Positions 39,608 to 49,525 of a stretch of DNA of 64,000 bases are shown piece after piece. The notes beneath the pieces were generated by a model. The model did no database searches, had not been told where the DNA came from, and worked only from the letters and a program-made list of their open reading frames with translations. The stretch's first letter is position 1. Each line of letters begins with the position of its first letter. The stretch is from Bacteroidales bacterium (GTDB lineage Bacteria > Bacteroidota > Bacteroidia > Bacteroidales > UBA12077), in NCBI GenBank assembly GCA_030637515.1, contig DAOWGM010000155.1, forward strand, positions 12,532 to 76,531. The letters run 5' to 3'. The translations under genes were made by a program, and so were the position numbers.

Positions 39608-40696
39608 CTAATGCAAACTATATTCCTTCTCTGTCATCCACGACTTTAGGATGTTATTGATTTCCAGCTTGTCGCTTTCTGGCATTGTATATTTATTTTT
39701 TTGGTATTCCTTTACCGAAATCAAAAAATCACTTATTTGTTTCTCAAATCCTTCCAAAAATTCAACATTCAACTGCTTGTATATTGATTTAATTTCTTTT
39801 GTAGGATTCTTTTCTAAATCCTCAAATTTTAATTCGTAGAATCTTTCCTTAGGAAGCTTCTTTACATCTTCATCAATTTTTTTAAGCATTTTAAATAACA
39901 AAGAACTAGTGTCCTGAATATTAGGTTTTACCCATTTTCCATTCATTGCATTTTGCTTACCAACAATATCCCACATTCTTATTGTTGAAGGAACAACCTT
40001 GTGTGGATGTCGCATAATATGAATATACCTCGCTTTTGGAAAGATTTCATTTAAAATATCAATACGAAAAGAATGAAACGGACTCTTTATCAGTATAGTA
40101 TTATTATTCTCGAGAGTCAATTTTTTGTAAAAATATTTTACAGCTTCTTTCCATTCTTCTAATTTCTTTCCTTCAGGTAAAAAATCAGGAAATTGATCTA
40201 AGAAATATTCTTTTGATTTTGGAAAAATTAAGCGCTCCAATGGTGAATAACTACACAATCTAAAAAGTGCGTATTCATCTTCCAAAGGCTCATCCATACT
40301 GAGTTTCACCTGATCCATTGGTCGAGTTCCCTTTAATGCTCGACCCATAATAGGTTCATATGACTTTCGGGAAGTTAGAAAACTATCGGGTATTGATCCT
40401 TGAAATACATTAGTAGTTACCAAATTAGCGTCAAGAGCCAACAGTTGATGTAAAAATGTACTTCCTGTTCTCCAGTGTCCAATAATTATTATTGGATCTT
40501 CAGGTAATTTATGAGTTTTAATTTTATTGGCATAAACCGACTTTTCTTTTCTGTAAAATATAGAAGCCCACACTCCATTTTGAAAAAGAAATAAGAACCT
40601 TACCAGATATTTTGGATACAACGACATTCCATTTTTCATAATAAGTTTTATGAACCTGGATAGTCTCATCCCTGCTATCAGGTAAGCACTCTTCAT
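39608..40696 (-). CDS. PAPS-dependent sulfotransferase (Sulfotransfer_3 type)
   Basis: 5'-PSB loop GHWRTGSTFL, RPMD, PxEDE, KSPxH, RHP and FEDL motifs. Confidence 0.9.
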   Translation of the reverse strand: MKSAYLIAGMRLSRFIKLIMKNGMSLYPKYLVRFLFLFQNGVWASIFYRKEKSVYANKIKTHKLPEDPIIIIGHWRTGSTFLHQLLALDANLVTTNVFQGSIPDSFLTSRKSYEPIMGRALKGTRPMDQVKLSMDEPLEDEYALFRLCSYSPLERLIFPKSKEYFLDQFPDFLPEGKKLEEWKEAVKYFYKKLTLENNNTILIKSPFHSFRIDILNEIFPKARYIHIMRHPHKVVPSTIRMWDIVGKQNAMNGKWVKPNIQDTSSLLFKMLKKIDEDVKKLPKERFYELKFEDLEKNPTKEIKSIYKQLNVEFLEGFEKQISDFLISVKEYQKNKYTMPESDKLEINNILKSWMTEKEYSLH

Positions 40697-40733
40697 ATTC
40701 AGTTTGATTTGAATTAATTACTTAAAAGAGATT

Positions 40734-41009
40734 TTATTCCGATTTGCTTTTAATAAAATCAGCAATCGAATTTACATCTTTTAGTACCTCACGAGCCAAA
40801 TTTTGATCATCAATGCGTACTTTAAAATCTCTCTGAATTGCCATAACAAGTTCTATTGCATCGATTGAATCTAATCCTAAAGTATTGTCTCCTCCGAAAA
40901 GTGGTAGGTCATCTTCAATATCCTGCGGAGTTATATCCTGTATATTTAATGTATCAATAATCATTTTTTTAATATCCGCCTTCAAATCTGTTCCAATATT
41001 TTCTCCCAT
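40734..41009 (-). CDS. Acyl carrier protein (aryl-polyene type)
   Basis: PLFGGDNTLGLDSIDAIEL; paralogous to 55382-55636. Confidence 0.92.
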   Translation of the reverse strand: MGENIGTDLKADIKKMIIDTLNIQDITPQDIEDDLPLFGGDNTLGLDSIDAIELVMAIQRDFKVRIDDQNLAREVLKDVNSIADFIKSKSE

Positions 41010-41022
41010 TCTATCTTAAATA

Positions 41023-42036
41023 TTAAATATTACTAACTACTGTTTTTAATTCATTATAAAAAGCTTCCTCAGAATCAGCTCTTTCATTAATCATTTGACC
41101 TAGTTCCTGAAGTTTTTCAGGTCCAAGATCTCTGTTTTTTCCAATTTTGGCTGCAAAGTAAGAAATATTTCTCCAACCATCTCCTATTTCCATCATCTTT
41201 TTTGACATATCTTCTAATTCTTTATTCTGTAGAATTTCAGATGCTTGACGAAGAAATGTGGCATATAAAAAACGGAATCCACCCCCACCTGTTCCTTGAT
41301 CTTCAAGAAAAACATTTATTTTCATCACCTCATGCGATAAATGATCAATATCTCTTGTTAATTTTGGCCATCCTTGTAGTTTCTTAGCAAAAGTTCGAAT
41401 ACCTCGCACACCAATAAACGGAGGTTGAACACCCACCATATTATTAACAGTATTTTTTATTGCAACAGGAATTAGCTTCTTATAATCAACTGTTTCAGGC
41501 ACAGATTCTATATAATATCTAAATCCTTTTGGAGCTAAATATCCACCAGCAAAACGAGCCTTTCTTAAATTATCTTTATGAATTCGAGCAAATTTGGGGT
41601 AATAGCTATCACTAACAATATATTCATCACCTTCTTTTCCAACTATAGTAATAAAGTGAATATTAGCATGAACTCTTTCCCATTGAGGAATATAATCCAT
41701 ATAATAAAAGTCTACTTGACAAGCAACAGGTATGTTATTCTCTAAAAGACTGTCAAGTTCTTGCTCAGCTTCATCTTGATTTTTAAATCGTTGAGTATTA
41801 AATTTAATATCAGTTCTCTTTGCAATTTTCTTTCTTAATTTCCCTGGTTTTGTTCTTAAAATAAACATAGGAAAATTAAGATTTGGTGTTCGGCTTAAAT
41901 AGCCAAAATATAAACCACTACCCAAACCAAAAATCATTGGTTCAGTAATTTCCAGACCCTGATGTTTTAGTAATGCTGTTAATGAGCCAGACTCACAATG
42001 AGCTGCCATATTGTGTTTAAAAGATTCTATTATCAT
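41023..42036 (-). CDS. BtrH N-terminal domain / DUF4872 protein (papain-like acyltransferase or peptidase), copy 1
   Basis: HCESG, EPMIFGLGSG, H and SD triad residues, and EDQGTGGGGFRFLYA. Confidence 0.85.
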   Translation of the reverse strand: MIIESFKHNMAAHCESGSLTALLKHQGLEITEPMIFGLGSGLYFGYLSRTPNLNFPMFILRTKPGKLRKKIAKRTDIKFNTQRFKNQDEAEQELDSLLENNIPVACQVDFYYMDYIPQWERVHANIHFITIVGKEGDEYIVSDSYYPKFARIHKDNLRKARFAGGYLAPKGFRYYIESVPETVDYKKLIPVAIKNTVNNMVGVQPPFIGVRGIRTFAKKLQGWPKLTRDIDHLSHEVMKINVFLEDQGTGGGGFRFLYATFLRQASEILQNKELEDMSKKMMEIGDGWRNISYFAAKIGKNRDLGPEKLQELGQMINERADSEEAFYNELKTVVSNI

Positions 42037-42533
42037 TTTTTGTTTAATTCTATTTTTGTGATAACTACGAAAGGATTTTCTGTTCTTGTTTGTTTAACCA
42101 GTATTGGTTGCTTCTGTTTATCTGACTCCGCTTTGGTCTCATTATCTTCAACTACAATAGCTTGAAATAAATTAGAAACCGGTATGTCAAAAGCATATGC
42201 ATATTTATATAAGTCTGCCAATTTTGCTTTTCTGAATGATTTTACTTTTTGATGTTGTTTCACCTTAAATACAGGAATCCCGGTTCTTCGAGATAATTCA
42301 ACATCATTAAAATCATGAATTAGCTTATAAAAATAAACTGGGGTAATTTCATTTTTTTTGAGTTTCTCTAGTAATGAATTTCTTAATTTCATCATTTTCT
42401 CCCAGAAATCGTCAAGATAATTTTTGGTTATATACGAGCCTGTCTGAATCGGACCAAATGTTCCATCTTCCTTTTCAACATACATTATAAGTTGTTGAGG
42501 TTCGTAATCAATATAAGCATCTTTTTCTTTCAT
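42033..42533 (-). CDS. Hypothetical protein with C-terminal HTH-like region, copy 1
   Basis: Paralog of 49529-49933; stop overlaps the BtrH start by 4 nt. Confidence 0.75.
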   Translation of the reverse strand: MKEKDAYIDYEPQQLIMYVEKEDGTFGPIQTGSYITKNYLDDFWEKMMKLRNSLLEKLKKNEITPVYFYKLIHDFNDVELSRRTGIPVFKVKQHQKVKSFRKAKLADLYKYAYAFDIPVSNLFQAIVVEDNETKAESDKQKQPILVKQTRTENPFVVITKIELNKK

Positions 42534-42838
42534 GTAAATTATATTTCAATCCGATTCAAAAATTATGTTTTCGGCCGATGATTTAGATTCTTACAGCAAT
42601 GTAGTAAAAACTATGCCATTTTTTTGGTCTACTAAATTAATTCAAATTAAATTATTGCCAAAATTAATACAAACAAACAATTTGAAATTTAAATGATTTA
42701 ACCACTATTTATAAGCATTATAGAAGTATTTACAAATTAATATTTCATAAAATAATCTGTTCATGTAACCATATTGATATTTGATAAAAAATATTGACTA
42801 AAAGGATTCGTAATCTAAGGAATATTAAAAGTATTTAT

Positions 42839-42846
42839 TAAATTTG
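42839..42846 (+). promoter_or_regulatory. Candidate -7 element for the TAL-PKS operon
   Basis: TAAATTTG within the 384-bp divergent intergenic region. Confidence 0.45.
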
Positions 42847-42917
42847 CATACTTACAAAATGACAGATGAACTAAACGGCTAATTATTAGCTACTTTAACG
42901 TATAACGAAGAATAAAA

Positions 42918-44459
42918 ATGATAATTATAGGGGGTGAGAATCTTAATCTTAATGATTTTTACAAAATTCTTTTTGAAAGTGAAAAGATTGATTTAGATAA
43001 AAACGCACTAAAAAAAGTACAAGAAAGTTACAATTTTTTAGATGATTTTTCGAAGAACAAAGTAATATATGGCATAAATACGTGCTTTGGTCCAATGGCA
43101 CAATATAAGATTAGCGACGACGACCAAAAAACACTTCAATACAACCTCATTCGCAGTCACGCTGCTGGTTCAGGAAATACCTTACCAAACATTTATGTGA
43201 AAGCATTAATGATTGGTCGTTTAAATACTTTCATGAAAGGGTTTTCAGGAGTACATGAAGAAGCTATTTTTCTATTAAAAGAATTTATTAATAAAGATAT
43301 TTATCCTAAAATATTTGAACACGGTGGTGTTGGAGCAAGTGGAGATTTAGTTCAATTAGCACATTTAGCTCTTAATCTTATTGGTGAAGGAGAAATATGC
43401 TTCGATGGTGAATTTAGACCTGCACAAGAAGTTTTTAAAGCAAATAACTTAGAACCTTTAAAAGTTCATTTAAGAGAAGGCTTAGCTTTAATAAACGGAA
43501 CTTCATGCATGACAGGTATAAGCATTATCAATCTAATTCATGCAAAGAATCTATTAAACTGGTCTTTAATTTCTTCCAGTTTAATTAACGAAGTTGTTGA
43601 ATCTGCCGACGATCATTTTTCAGAAGAACTAAATCAGGTTAAACTGCACGAAGGACAAAACCTTATTGCTGAAGAAATACGAAAAATAGTTGACTCAAGT
43701 AAGCTCATTAAGAAAAGATCGGACTTATTTTATAACAACCATCACGATGTTGGAGTAATCAAAGTTAAAGTTCAGGAATATTATTCGCTTCGTTGTGTAC
43801 CTCAAGTATTAGGTCCTATATACGAAACTATAGCAAATGCTGAAAAGGTTATTATAAATGAAGTAAATTCTGTTAATGATAATCCTATAATTGATAAAGA
43901 GAATGGTGATGTGCTTCATGGTGGTAATTTCCATGGAGATTATATTTCTCTTGAAATGGACAAACTAAAAATTGTAACAACGAAGTTGTCTATGTTGGTT
44001 GAACGCCAAATTAACTATTTGTTCAATGAAAAGATAAACGAGAAATTCCCTCCATTTGCAAACCTTGGAACAATTGGTTTAGATTTAGGATTACAAGCAG
44101 CACAGTTTACAGCAACATCAACAACTGCAGAAAATCAGACCTTATCTAATCCAATGTATGTTCATAGCATTCCTAACAATGGCGATAATCAAGACATTGT
44201 GAGTATGGGTACTAATTCTGCATTAATCACAAAGAAAGTAATTGAAAACTCGTTTGAAATATTATCAATCAAATACATGAGTTTACTTCAGGTAATCGAT
44301 TATATGGAATTCCAAGAAAGATTATCGGATATAGGAAAGAAACTTTATAAGGAAATGAGAGCAATTGTTCCTAAAATTGTAAAAGACGTTCCATTGTATC
44401 CACATATTGAAAACATCAAACAATATTTAATAAAAACCAGACCAAATCTAATAAACTAA
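42918..44459 (+). CDS. Aromatic amino acid ammonia-lyase, probably tyrosine ammonia-lyase
   Basis: MIO-forming GASGDL; LQYNLIRSH, YSLRCVPQ, NDNP and GGNFHG. Closely resembles my recollection of the Flavobacterium johnsoniae TAL, and the PKS context fits. Confidence 0.88.
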   Translation: MIIIGGENLNLNDFYKILFESEKIDLDKNALKKVQESYNFLDDFSKNKVIYGINTCFGPMAQYKISDDDQKTLQYNLIRSHAAGSGNTLPNIYVKALMIGRLNTFMKGFSGVHEEAIFLLKEFINKDIYPKIFEHGGVGASGDLVQLAHLALNLIGEGEICFDGEFRPAQEVFKANNLEPLKVHLREGLALINGTSCMTGISIINLIHAKNLLNWSLISSSLINEVVESADDHFSEELNQVKLHEGQNLIAEEIRKIVDSSKLIKKRSDLFYNNHHDVGVIKVKVQEYYSLRCVPQVLGPIYETIANAEKVIINEVNSVNDNPIIDKENGDVLHGGNFHGDYISLEMDKLKIVTTKLSMLVERQINYLFNEKINEKFPPFANLGTIGLDLGLQAAQFTATSTTAENQTLSNPMYVHSIPNNGDNQDIVSMGTNSALITKKVIENSFEILSIKYMSLLQVIDYMEFQERLSDIGKKLYKEMRAIVPKIVKDVPLYPHIENIKQYLIKTRPNLIN

Positions 44460-44464
44460 TTAAA

Positions 44465-45193
44465 ATGAAATTTGCTTTAGTAACAGGAGGTTCAAGAGGA
44501 ATTGGAAAAGCAATATGTTTAAAAATTGCTGAATTAGGATATCATATTTTAGTTAATTACAGAAGTAATAATCAAGAAGCAGAAGATACACTAAATCAGA
44601 TTAAAACATTAGGAGGTTCAGGTGAACTGATGAAATTTGATGTTTCTAATTCTGATGAAATTAGAGCTTCATTAGACAAATGGAAAGAGAACAATCCTGA
44701 ATCAGTTATTGAAGTGTTAATTAATAACGCTGGCATAAGAAAAGATGCCTTAATTGTGTGGATGAAAGACGAAGATTGGAAGGATGTTTTAAACACAAAT
44801 CTGGATAGTTTTTATTATATTACAAAACATTTAGTACAAGATATGATTGTTAACAGATATGGGAGAATTGTTAACGTTGTTTCATTATCTGGTATTAAAG
44901 GTTTGCCCGGACAAACAAATTATTCGGCAGCTAAAGGTGGCGTAATTGCTGCAAGCAAAGCTTTAGCTCAAGAAATTGCAAAAAAGAACGTAACTGTAAA
45001 TTGTGTTGCTCCTGGTTTTATTAAAACAGATATGACACAAGAATTGGAAGAGAAAGATTTAAAACGTCTTATTCCAATGAGTCGATTTGGTAATGCTGAA
45101 GAAGTTGCTGATGTTGTTGCTTTTCTTGCTTCACCGAAAGCATCTTATGTAACAGGAGAAGTAGTTTCTATAAACGGAGGACTTTATACATAA
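44465..45193 (+). CDS. fabG: 3-oxoacyl-ACP reductase
   Basis: TGGSRGIG, NNAG, YSAAK and VAPGFIKT motifs. Confidence 0.93.
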   Translation: MKFALVTGGSRGIGKAICLKIAELGYHILVNYRSNNQEAEDTLNQIKTLGGSGELMKFDVSNSDEIRASLDKWKENNPESVIEVLINNAGIRKDALIVWMKDEDWKDVLNTNLDSFYYITKHLVQDMIVNRYGRIVNVVSLSGIKGLPGQTNYSAAKGGVIAASKALAQEIAKKNVTVNCVAPGFIKTDMTQELEEKDLKRLIPMSRFGNAEEVADVVAFLASPKASYVTGEVVSINGGLYT

Positions 45194-45219
45194 TTATAAA
45201 AACGCTGTAATACGAGCCT

Positions 45220-46443
45220 ATGAATAGAGTGGTGATAACAGGTATGGGAATTTATTCCACTATTGGTAAAAATATTGAAGAAGTAAACAATTCACTTTAT
45301 GCCGGAAAATCAGGAATTGGTTTTGAGCAAATAAGAAAAGATTTTGGATTTCGCTCTGCATTAACTGGAATTTTAGAACAACCAAGCTTAAAAGGTCAAT
45401 TAAAAAGAAGACAACGAGTTGGATTGGCAGAAGAAGGCGAATATGCCTATGTTGCAACGGTTGAAGCTTTAAAACAAGCTGAAATTGATGAAGATTTCTT
45501 AGATAATAATGAAATTGGAATATTATATGGGAATGACAGTTCTGCAAGATCTGTTGTGGAATCTTATGATGTGCTTAAAGAAAAAAAGGATACTGCGCTA
45601 TTAGGCTCAGGAGCTATATTTCAATCGATGAATTCTACAATAACCATGAATTTATCGACTATATTCAGATTAAAAGGAATAAACTTAACTATAAGTGCAG
45701 CTTGTGCGAGTGGATCACATTCGATAGGAATGGGTTATTATCTTATTCGCAGTGGTTTGCAAAATATGATTGTTTGTGGTGGTGGTCAAGAAATTAACTA
45801 CCATTCAATGGGAAGTTTCGATGGATTAGGCGCTTTCTCAGTACGTGAAAATGAACCTCAAAAAGCTAGTCGTCCTTTTGATCGCGATCGTGATGGATTA
45901 GTTCCAAGTGGTGGTGCTGCAACGGTAATTTTGGAAAGCTATGAATCAGCAAAAAAGCGTGGTGCTAATATTATTGCAGAAGTAATTGGTTATGGGTTTT
46001 CATCAAACGGTGATCATATCTCAGTTCCTAACGTAGAAGGTCCGGCAAGATCTCTTGAAATGGCAATAAAAGATGCTAATTTACAAGCATCTCAAATTGA
46101 TTATATTAACGCTCATGCAACAGCAACACCCGTTGGAGATTTAAATGAGGCTCAGGCAATTAGCAAGGTTTTTGGCGCAAAAACCCCATATGTTAGTTCA
46201 ACCAAATCAATGACAGGACATGAAATGTGGATGGGTGGTGCCAGCGAAATTATTTATTCTGTATTAATGATGCAAAATTCGTATGTTGCTCCTAATATTA
46301 ATTTCGAAAACCCTGATGAACACTCAGCAAAATTAAATATTGCTGTAGAAACTATTAAAAATCATAATATTGATATATTTTTGTCAAACTCATTTGGATT
46401 TGGAGGAACAAATTCCTCTTTAATTGTGAAAAAGATAAAATAA
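45220..46443 (+). CDS. Beta-ketoacyl-ACP synthase (FabB/F type)
   Basis: ACASG (Cys), NAHAT and TGHE (two His), SNSFGFGG. Confidence 0.93.
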   Translation: MNRVVITGMGIYSTIGKNIEEVNNSLYAGKSGIGFEQIRKDFGFRSALTGILEQPSLKGQLKRRQRVGLAEEGEYAYVATVEALKQAEIDEDFLDNNEIGILYGNDSSARSVVESYDVLKEKKDTALLGSGAIFQSMNSTITMNLSTIFRLKGINLTISAACASGSHSIGMGYYLIRSGLQNMIVCGGGQEINYHSMGSFDGLGAFSVRENEPQKASRPFDRDRDGLVPSGGAATVILESYESAKKRGANIIAEVIGYGFSSNGDHISVPNVEGPARSLEMAIKDANLQASQIDYINAHATATPVGDLNEAQAISKVFGAKTPYVSSTKSMTGHEMWMGGASEIIYSVLMMQNSYVAPNINFENPDEHSAKLNIAVETIKNHNIDIFLSNSFGFGGTNSSLIVKKIK

Positions 46444-46471
46444 ATTTATTAACCGGGAGACATTATAAGAC

Positions 46472-46720
46472 ATGGAGAATAAGGAAATTATTAGTAAGGT
46501 AAATGATTTTCTAATTGATGAGTTTGAGATTGAAGAAGATCAGTTGATCCCTACAGCCAGCTTAAAGGAAACACTTGAGATTGATAGTTTAGACTATGTT
46601 GATCTTGTTGTAATTATTGAAAGAAATTTTGGATTTAAAGTAAAAGGTGAAGATTTTGCTACTATAAAAACTCTTCAGGATTTTTATGATTATATCATAA
46701 GCCGGGTTAATTCTAACTAA
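46472..46720 (+). CDS. Acyl carrier protein
   Basis: LEIDSLDYVDL Ppant motif. Confidence 0.93.
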   Translation: MENKEIISKVNDFLIDEFEIEEDQLIPTASLKETLEIDSLDYVDLVVIIERNFGFKVKGEDFATIKTLQDFYDYIISRVNSN

Positions 46721-46752
46721 TCCCGGGATAGAAAGAAATTGGAGGTTTTTAG

Positions 46753-47649
46753 ATGCCATCATGGAAAGGACAATCCCGCGGAAATGTATTAGGCTATAAA
46801 ATATTTGTATTTACGCTTAAATATTTAGGACTTTATTTCGCATATTTCATTCTACTCTTTGTTGCTTTCTATTTTTTCCTTTTTTCACGTAAAAGTTCAA
46901 AATTCACTTACCATTATTTTCGCCATATTTTAAAGTATTCTTGGCTAAAGACCAAATGGAATATTTACAGAAACTATTTTACATTTGGACAAGTACTGCT
47001 CGATAAGTTTGCAATTCTCGGTGGCTTAAAAGGCAAATTCAGTTACAATTTTGATGGTGAACATCATCTTCGCAGTATGGTTGAAAATAAAACCGGAGGA
47101 ATCATTGTAAATGCTCACATTGGAAATTTTGAGATTGCAGGACAACTGCTGGAACGATTAAATTCCAGAATAAATGTTCTGATGTTAGATGCAGAACATC
47201 AAAGAATAAAAAATTTAGTATCAGATGTTTTAGTTAACAAGGATGTGAATATTATTCCCATTCAAAGCGATTATTCTCATATTATACCAATTAGTGATGC
47301 TTTAATAAATAAAGAATTAATTGCAATGGCTGGTGATCGTTTTATTCAGGAAAGCAAAGTTTTCGAAGTTGATTTCATGGGAGAAAAAGCATTATTTCCT
47401 TCAGGACCATTTTACTTAGCTGCCCGTTTTGGAGTTCCTGTTACTTTCGCATTTGCAATGAAAGAATCAAAAACACATTATCATTTCTATGCTACGGCTC
47501 CAGAAATGGTGAAAAGATATAAGAATCCTGAAGAGCAGGAACAGGAACTTAATAAGTTTGTTATAAAATATGTAAAGGAATTTGAGCGAATTTTAAAAAT
47601 GTATCCATTGCAATGGTTTAATTACTACCAGTTTTGGAAAGCAGAATAA
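46753..47649 (+). CDS. LpxL/LpxP-family acyltransferase (ApeE-like)
   Basis: AHIGNFE (HxxxxE), GDR, FPSGPF and YPLQWFNYY motifs. Confidence 0.9.
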   Translation: MPSWKGQSRGNVLGYKIFVFTLKYLGLYFAYFILLFVAFYFFLFSRKSSKFTYHYFRHILKYSWLKTKWNIYRNYFTFGQVLLDKFAILGGLKGKFSYNFDGEHHLRSMVENKTGGIIVNAHIGNFEIAGQLLERLNSRINVLMLDAEHQRIKNLVSDVLVNKDVNIIPIQSDYSHIIPISDALINKELIAMAGDRFIQESKVFEVDFMGEKALFPSGPFYLAARFGVPVTFAFAMKESKTHYHFYATAPEMVKRYKNPEEQEQELNKFVIKYVKEFERILKMYPLQWFNYYQFWKAE

Positions 47650-47654
47650 TTCAT

Positions 47655-49013
47655 ATGAAAGAAAATAAAATATTATTCATATCAGCAAATCAACATAAAG
47701 TTCCATATCCGGTTTATCCTATCGGACTTTCCTATATTACAACTTATTTGCAGGAAAATATACCAGAATACGATTCAATGATGGTGGATTTAAATTTCAG
47801 CACCATTGAAGAATTAAAAGAAATTACAACAAAATACAATCCTAAATTTATAGGAATATCATTCCGAAATATTGACGATGTTAACTCTTACAACAGAGAA
47901 GAATTTGTTACACATTATAAAAATGTTATCGATAATCTTCGCACAGTTTCAGATGCAAAAATAATTGTTGGAGGTTCGGGATTCTCAATCTTTCCTGAAT
48001 TGATGTTTAAAAGATTAAATCCTGATTTTGGCGTTTACGGAGAAGGTGAAGAAACAATTCTAAAGCTTATCAATAGTATTGACAATAATGAAGATTATAC
48101 AGGATTAAGCCGCCTTATTTATAATAAGAATGGACAATGTGTTTTTAATAAAAATGAAAGTTATTTCAGTGATTTAAACTTAGATTTCGATAAAGATCTA
48201 ATAGATTTTTATTGGGAAAAAAGTGGAATGCTAAATATACAAACTAAGCGAGGTTGTCCTTACAATTGCATCTATTGTACATATCCATTAATTGAAGGAA
48301 GCAAGGTTCGTACCTTAAATACAGATAAAATAGTTGATACTTTAAAGAAACTATACTATCAAAAAGGAATTGATTATGTTTTCTTTACCGACTCAGTTTT
48401 TAATATTAATAATGCATATAATTATGAACTTGCTGAGAAAATCATAGCAAGTGGTATAAAAATTCACTGGGGAGGTTATTTTACATTTAAAAATCTTGAT
48501 GAAAATCTTTTAAAAGTATTAAAGAAATCAGGTTTGCAACATGTGGAATTTGGAACTGAAGCAATATCTGAGAAATGTTTAAAAACTTACGGTAAAAACT
48601 TTACTGTTAATGATGTTTTAGAAAAATCAGCACTTTGTAACAAACTTGATATTCCTTTTGCACATTTTCTTATTACCGGAGGATATGGAGAAACTGATTC
48701 AACTGTTGATGAAACTTTTGCAAACTCAAAACTAATTGATAATACAGTTTTCTTTACTTTTGTAGGAATGCGTATTTATCCTGGAACAAAATTACAGGAA
48801 TACGCTATAAAAGAAGGTGTAATTGATAAAAATGACGATTTACTTGAACCTAAGTATTATCTTTCAAAAGATGTAAATTACGATACATTAAAAGAAAGGG
48901 CACTTAAGACTAGAAAACGTTGGATTTTCCCTGATGAAGACACAGCAACAATTACAAATAAATTAAGACAAAGAAATAAAAAAGGTCCGTTATGGGAATA
49001 TATGACAATGTAA
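47655..49013 (+). CDS. Lipid-biosynthesis B12-binding/radical SAM protein (TIGR04072-like)
   Basis: ISAN...PYPVYPIG N-terminus, RNIDD, GGSGFS, QTKRGCPYNCIYCTY and RIYPGT. ATG at 47655 preferred over the TTG. Confidence 0.85.
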   Translation: MKENKILFISANQHKVPYPVYPIGLSYITTYLQENIPEYDSMMVDLNFSTIEELKEITTKYNPKFIGISFRNIDDVNSYNREEFVTHYKNVIDNLRTVSDAKIIVGGSGFSIFPELMFKRLNPDFGVYGEGEETILKLINSIDNNEDYTGLSRLIYNKNGQCVFNKNESYFSDLNLDFDKDLIDFYWEKSGMLNIQTKRGCPYNCIYCTYPLIEGSKVRTLNTDKIVDTLKKLYYQKGIDYVFFTDSVFNINNAYNYELAEKIIASGIKIHWGGYFTFKNLDENLLKVLKKSGLQHVEFGTEAISEKCLKTYGKNFTVNDVLEKSALCNKLDIPFAHFLITGGYGETDSTVDETFANSKLIDNTVFFTFVGMRIYPGTKLQEYAIKEGVIDKNDDLLEPKYYLSKDVNYDTLKERALKTRKRWIFPDEDTATITNKLRQRNKKGPLWEYMTM

Positions 49014-49438
49014 TTGCAGACGGAAAAACTATATTGCAGTTTATTCCTCAAAGAGAACCAATGGTTATGGTCGAAAAACTTCATAAAGCTGAAGGAGGGC
49101 AAACCATAGGAAGTTTACAAATAAACGAAAGCAATATTTTTTGTAAAGATGGATTTTTACAAGAACCGGGCTTAATTGAAAACATAGCACAAACAGCAGC
49201 TGTTGGAGTTGGATTTGAATATAGAAATGAGAATAAGGATGTGCCAACAGGTTATATTGGAGCGGTTCAGAAACTTACCATTCATAGTTTACCCGAAATA
49301 GGTAAAACAATATTTACAGAAATAAATGTTGAACATAAAGTATTTAATACAACATTAATTAATGGTAAGATTTCCTGCGATGGTAATATAATCGCAGAAT
49401 GCTCAATGAAAATCTTTTTAGACGAAAAAGGAAATTAG
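48992..49438 (+). CDS. Hotdog-fold 3-hydroxyacyl-ACP dehydratase subunit (ApeP-like)
   Basis: IPQREPMVMV, LIENIAQT and GYIG motifs. Confidence 0.85.
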   Translation: MGIYDNVIADGKTILQFIPQREPMVMVEKLHKAEGGQTIGSLQINESNIFCKDGFLQEPGLIENIAQTAAVGVGFEYRNENKDVPTGYIGAVQKLTIHSLPEIGKTIFTEINVEHKVFNTTLINGKISCDGNIIAECSMKIFLDEKGN

Positions 49439-49525
49439 TATTTAGTAATAAGATATAAGTATTAAGACATTGGAATTAAATTATTGATTTTAACTTTGAA
49501 CTTGAAACATTAAACCTGAAACTAA
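49439..49525 (+). repeat. Degenerate heptamer tracts of two types
   Basis: TTAGTAA TAAGATA TAAGTAT TAAGACA ... TAACTTT GAACTTG AAACATT AAACCTG AAACTAA. Confidence 0.65.

Noticed and set aside
42918-44459. Histidine ammonia-lyase hutH (SH specificity motif)
   Set aside because: No hut genes nearby. PKS context and resemblance to the Flavobacterium TAL, which as I recall also has SH, favour a TAL.
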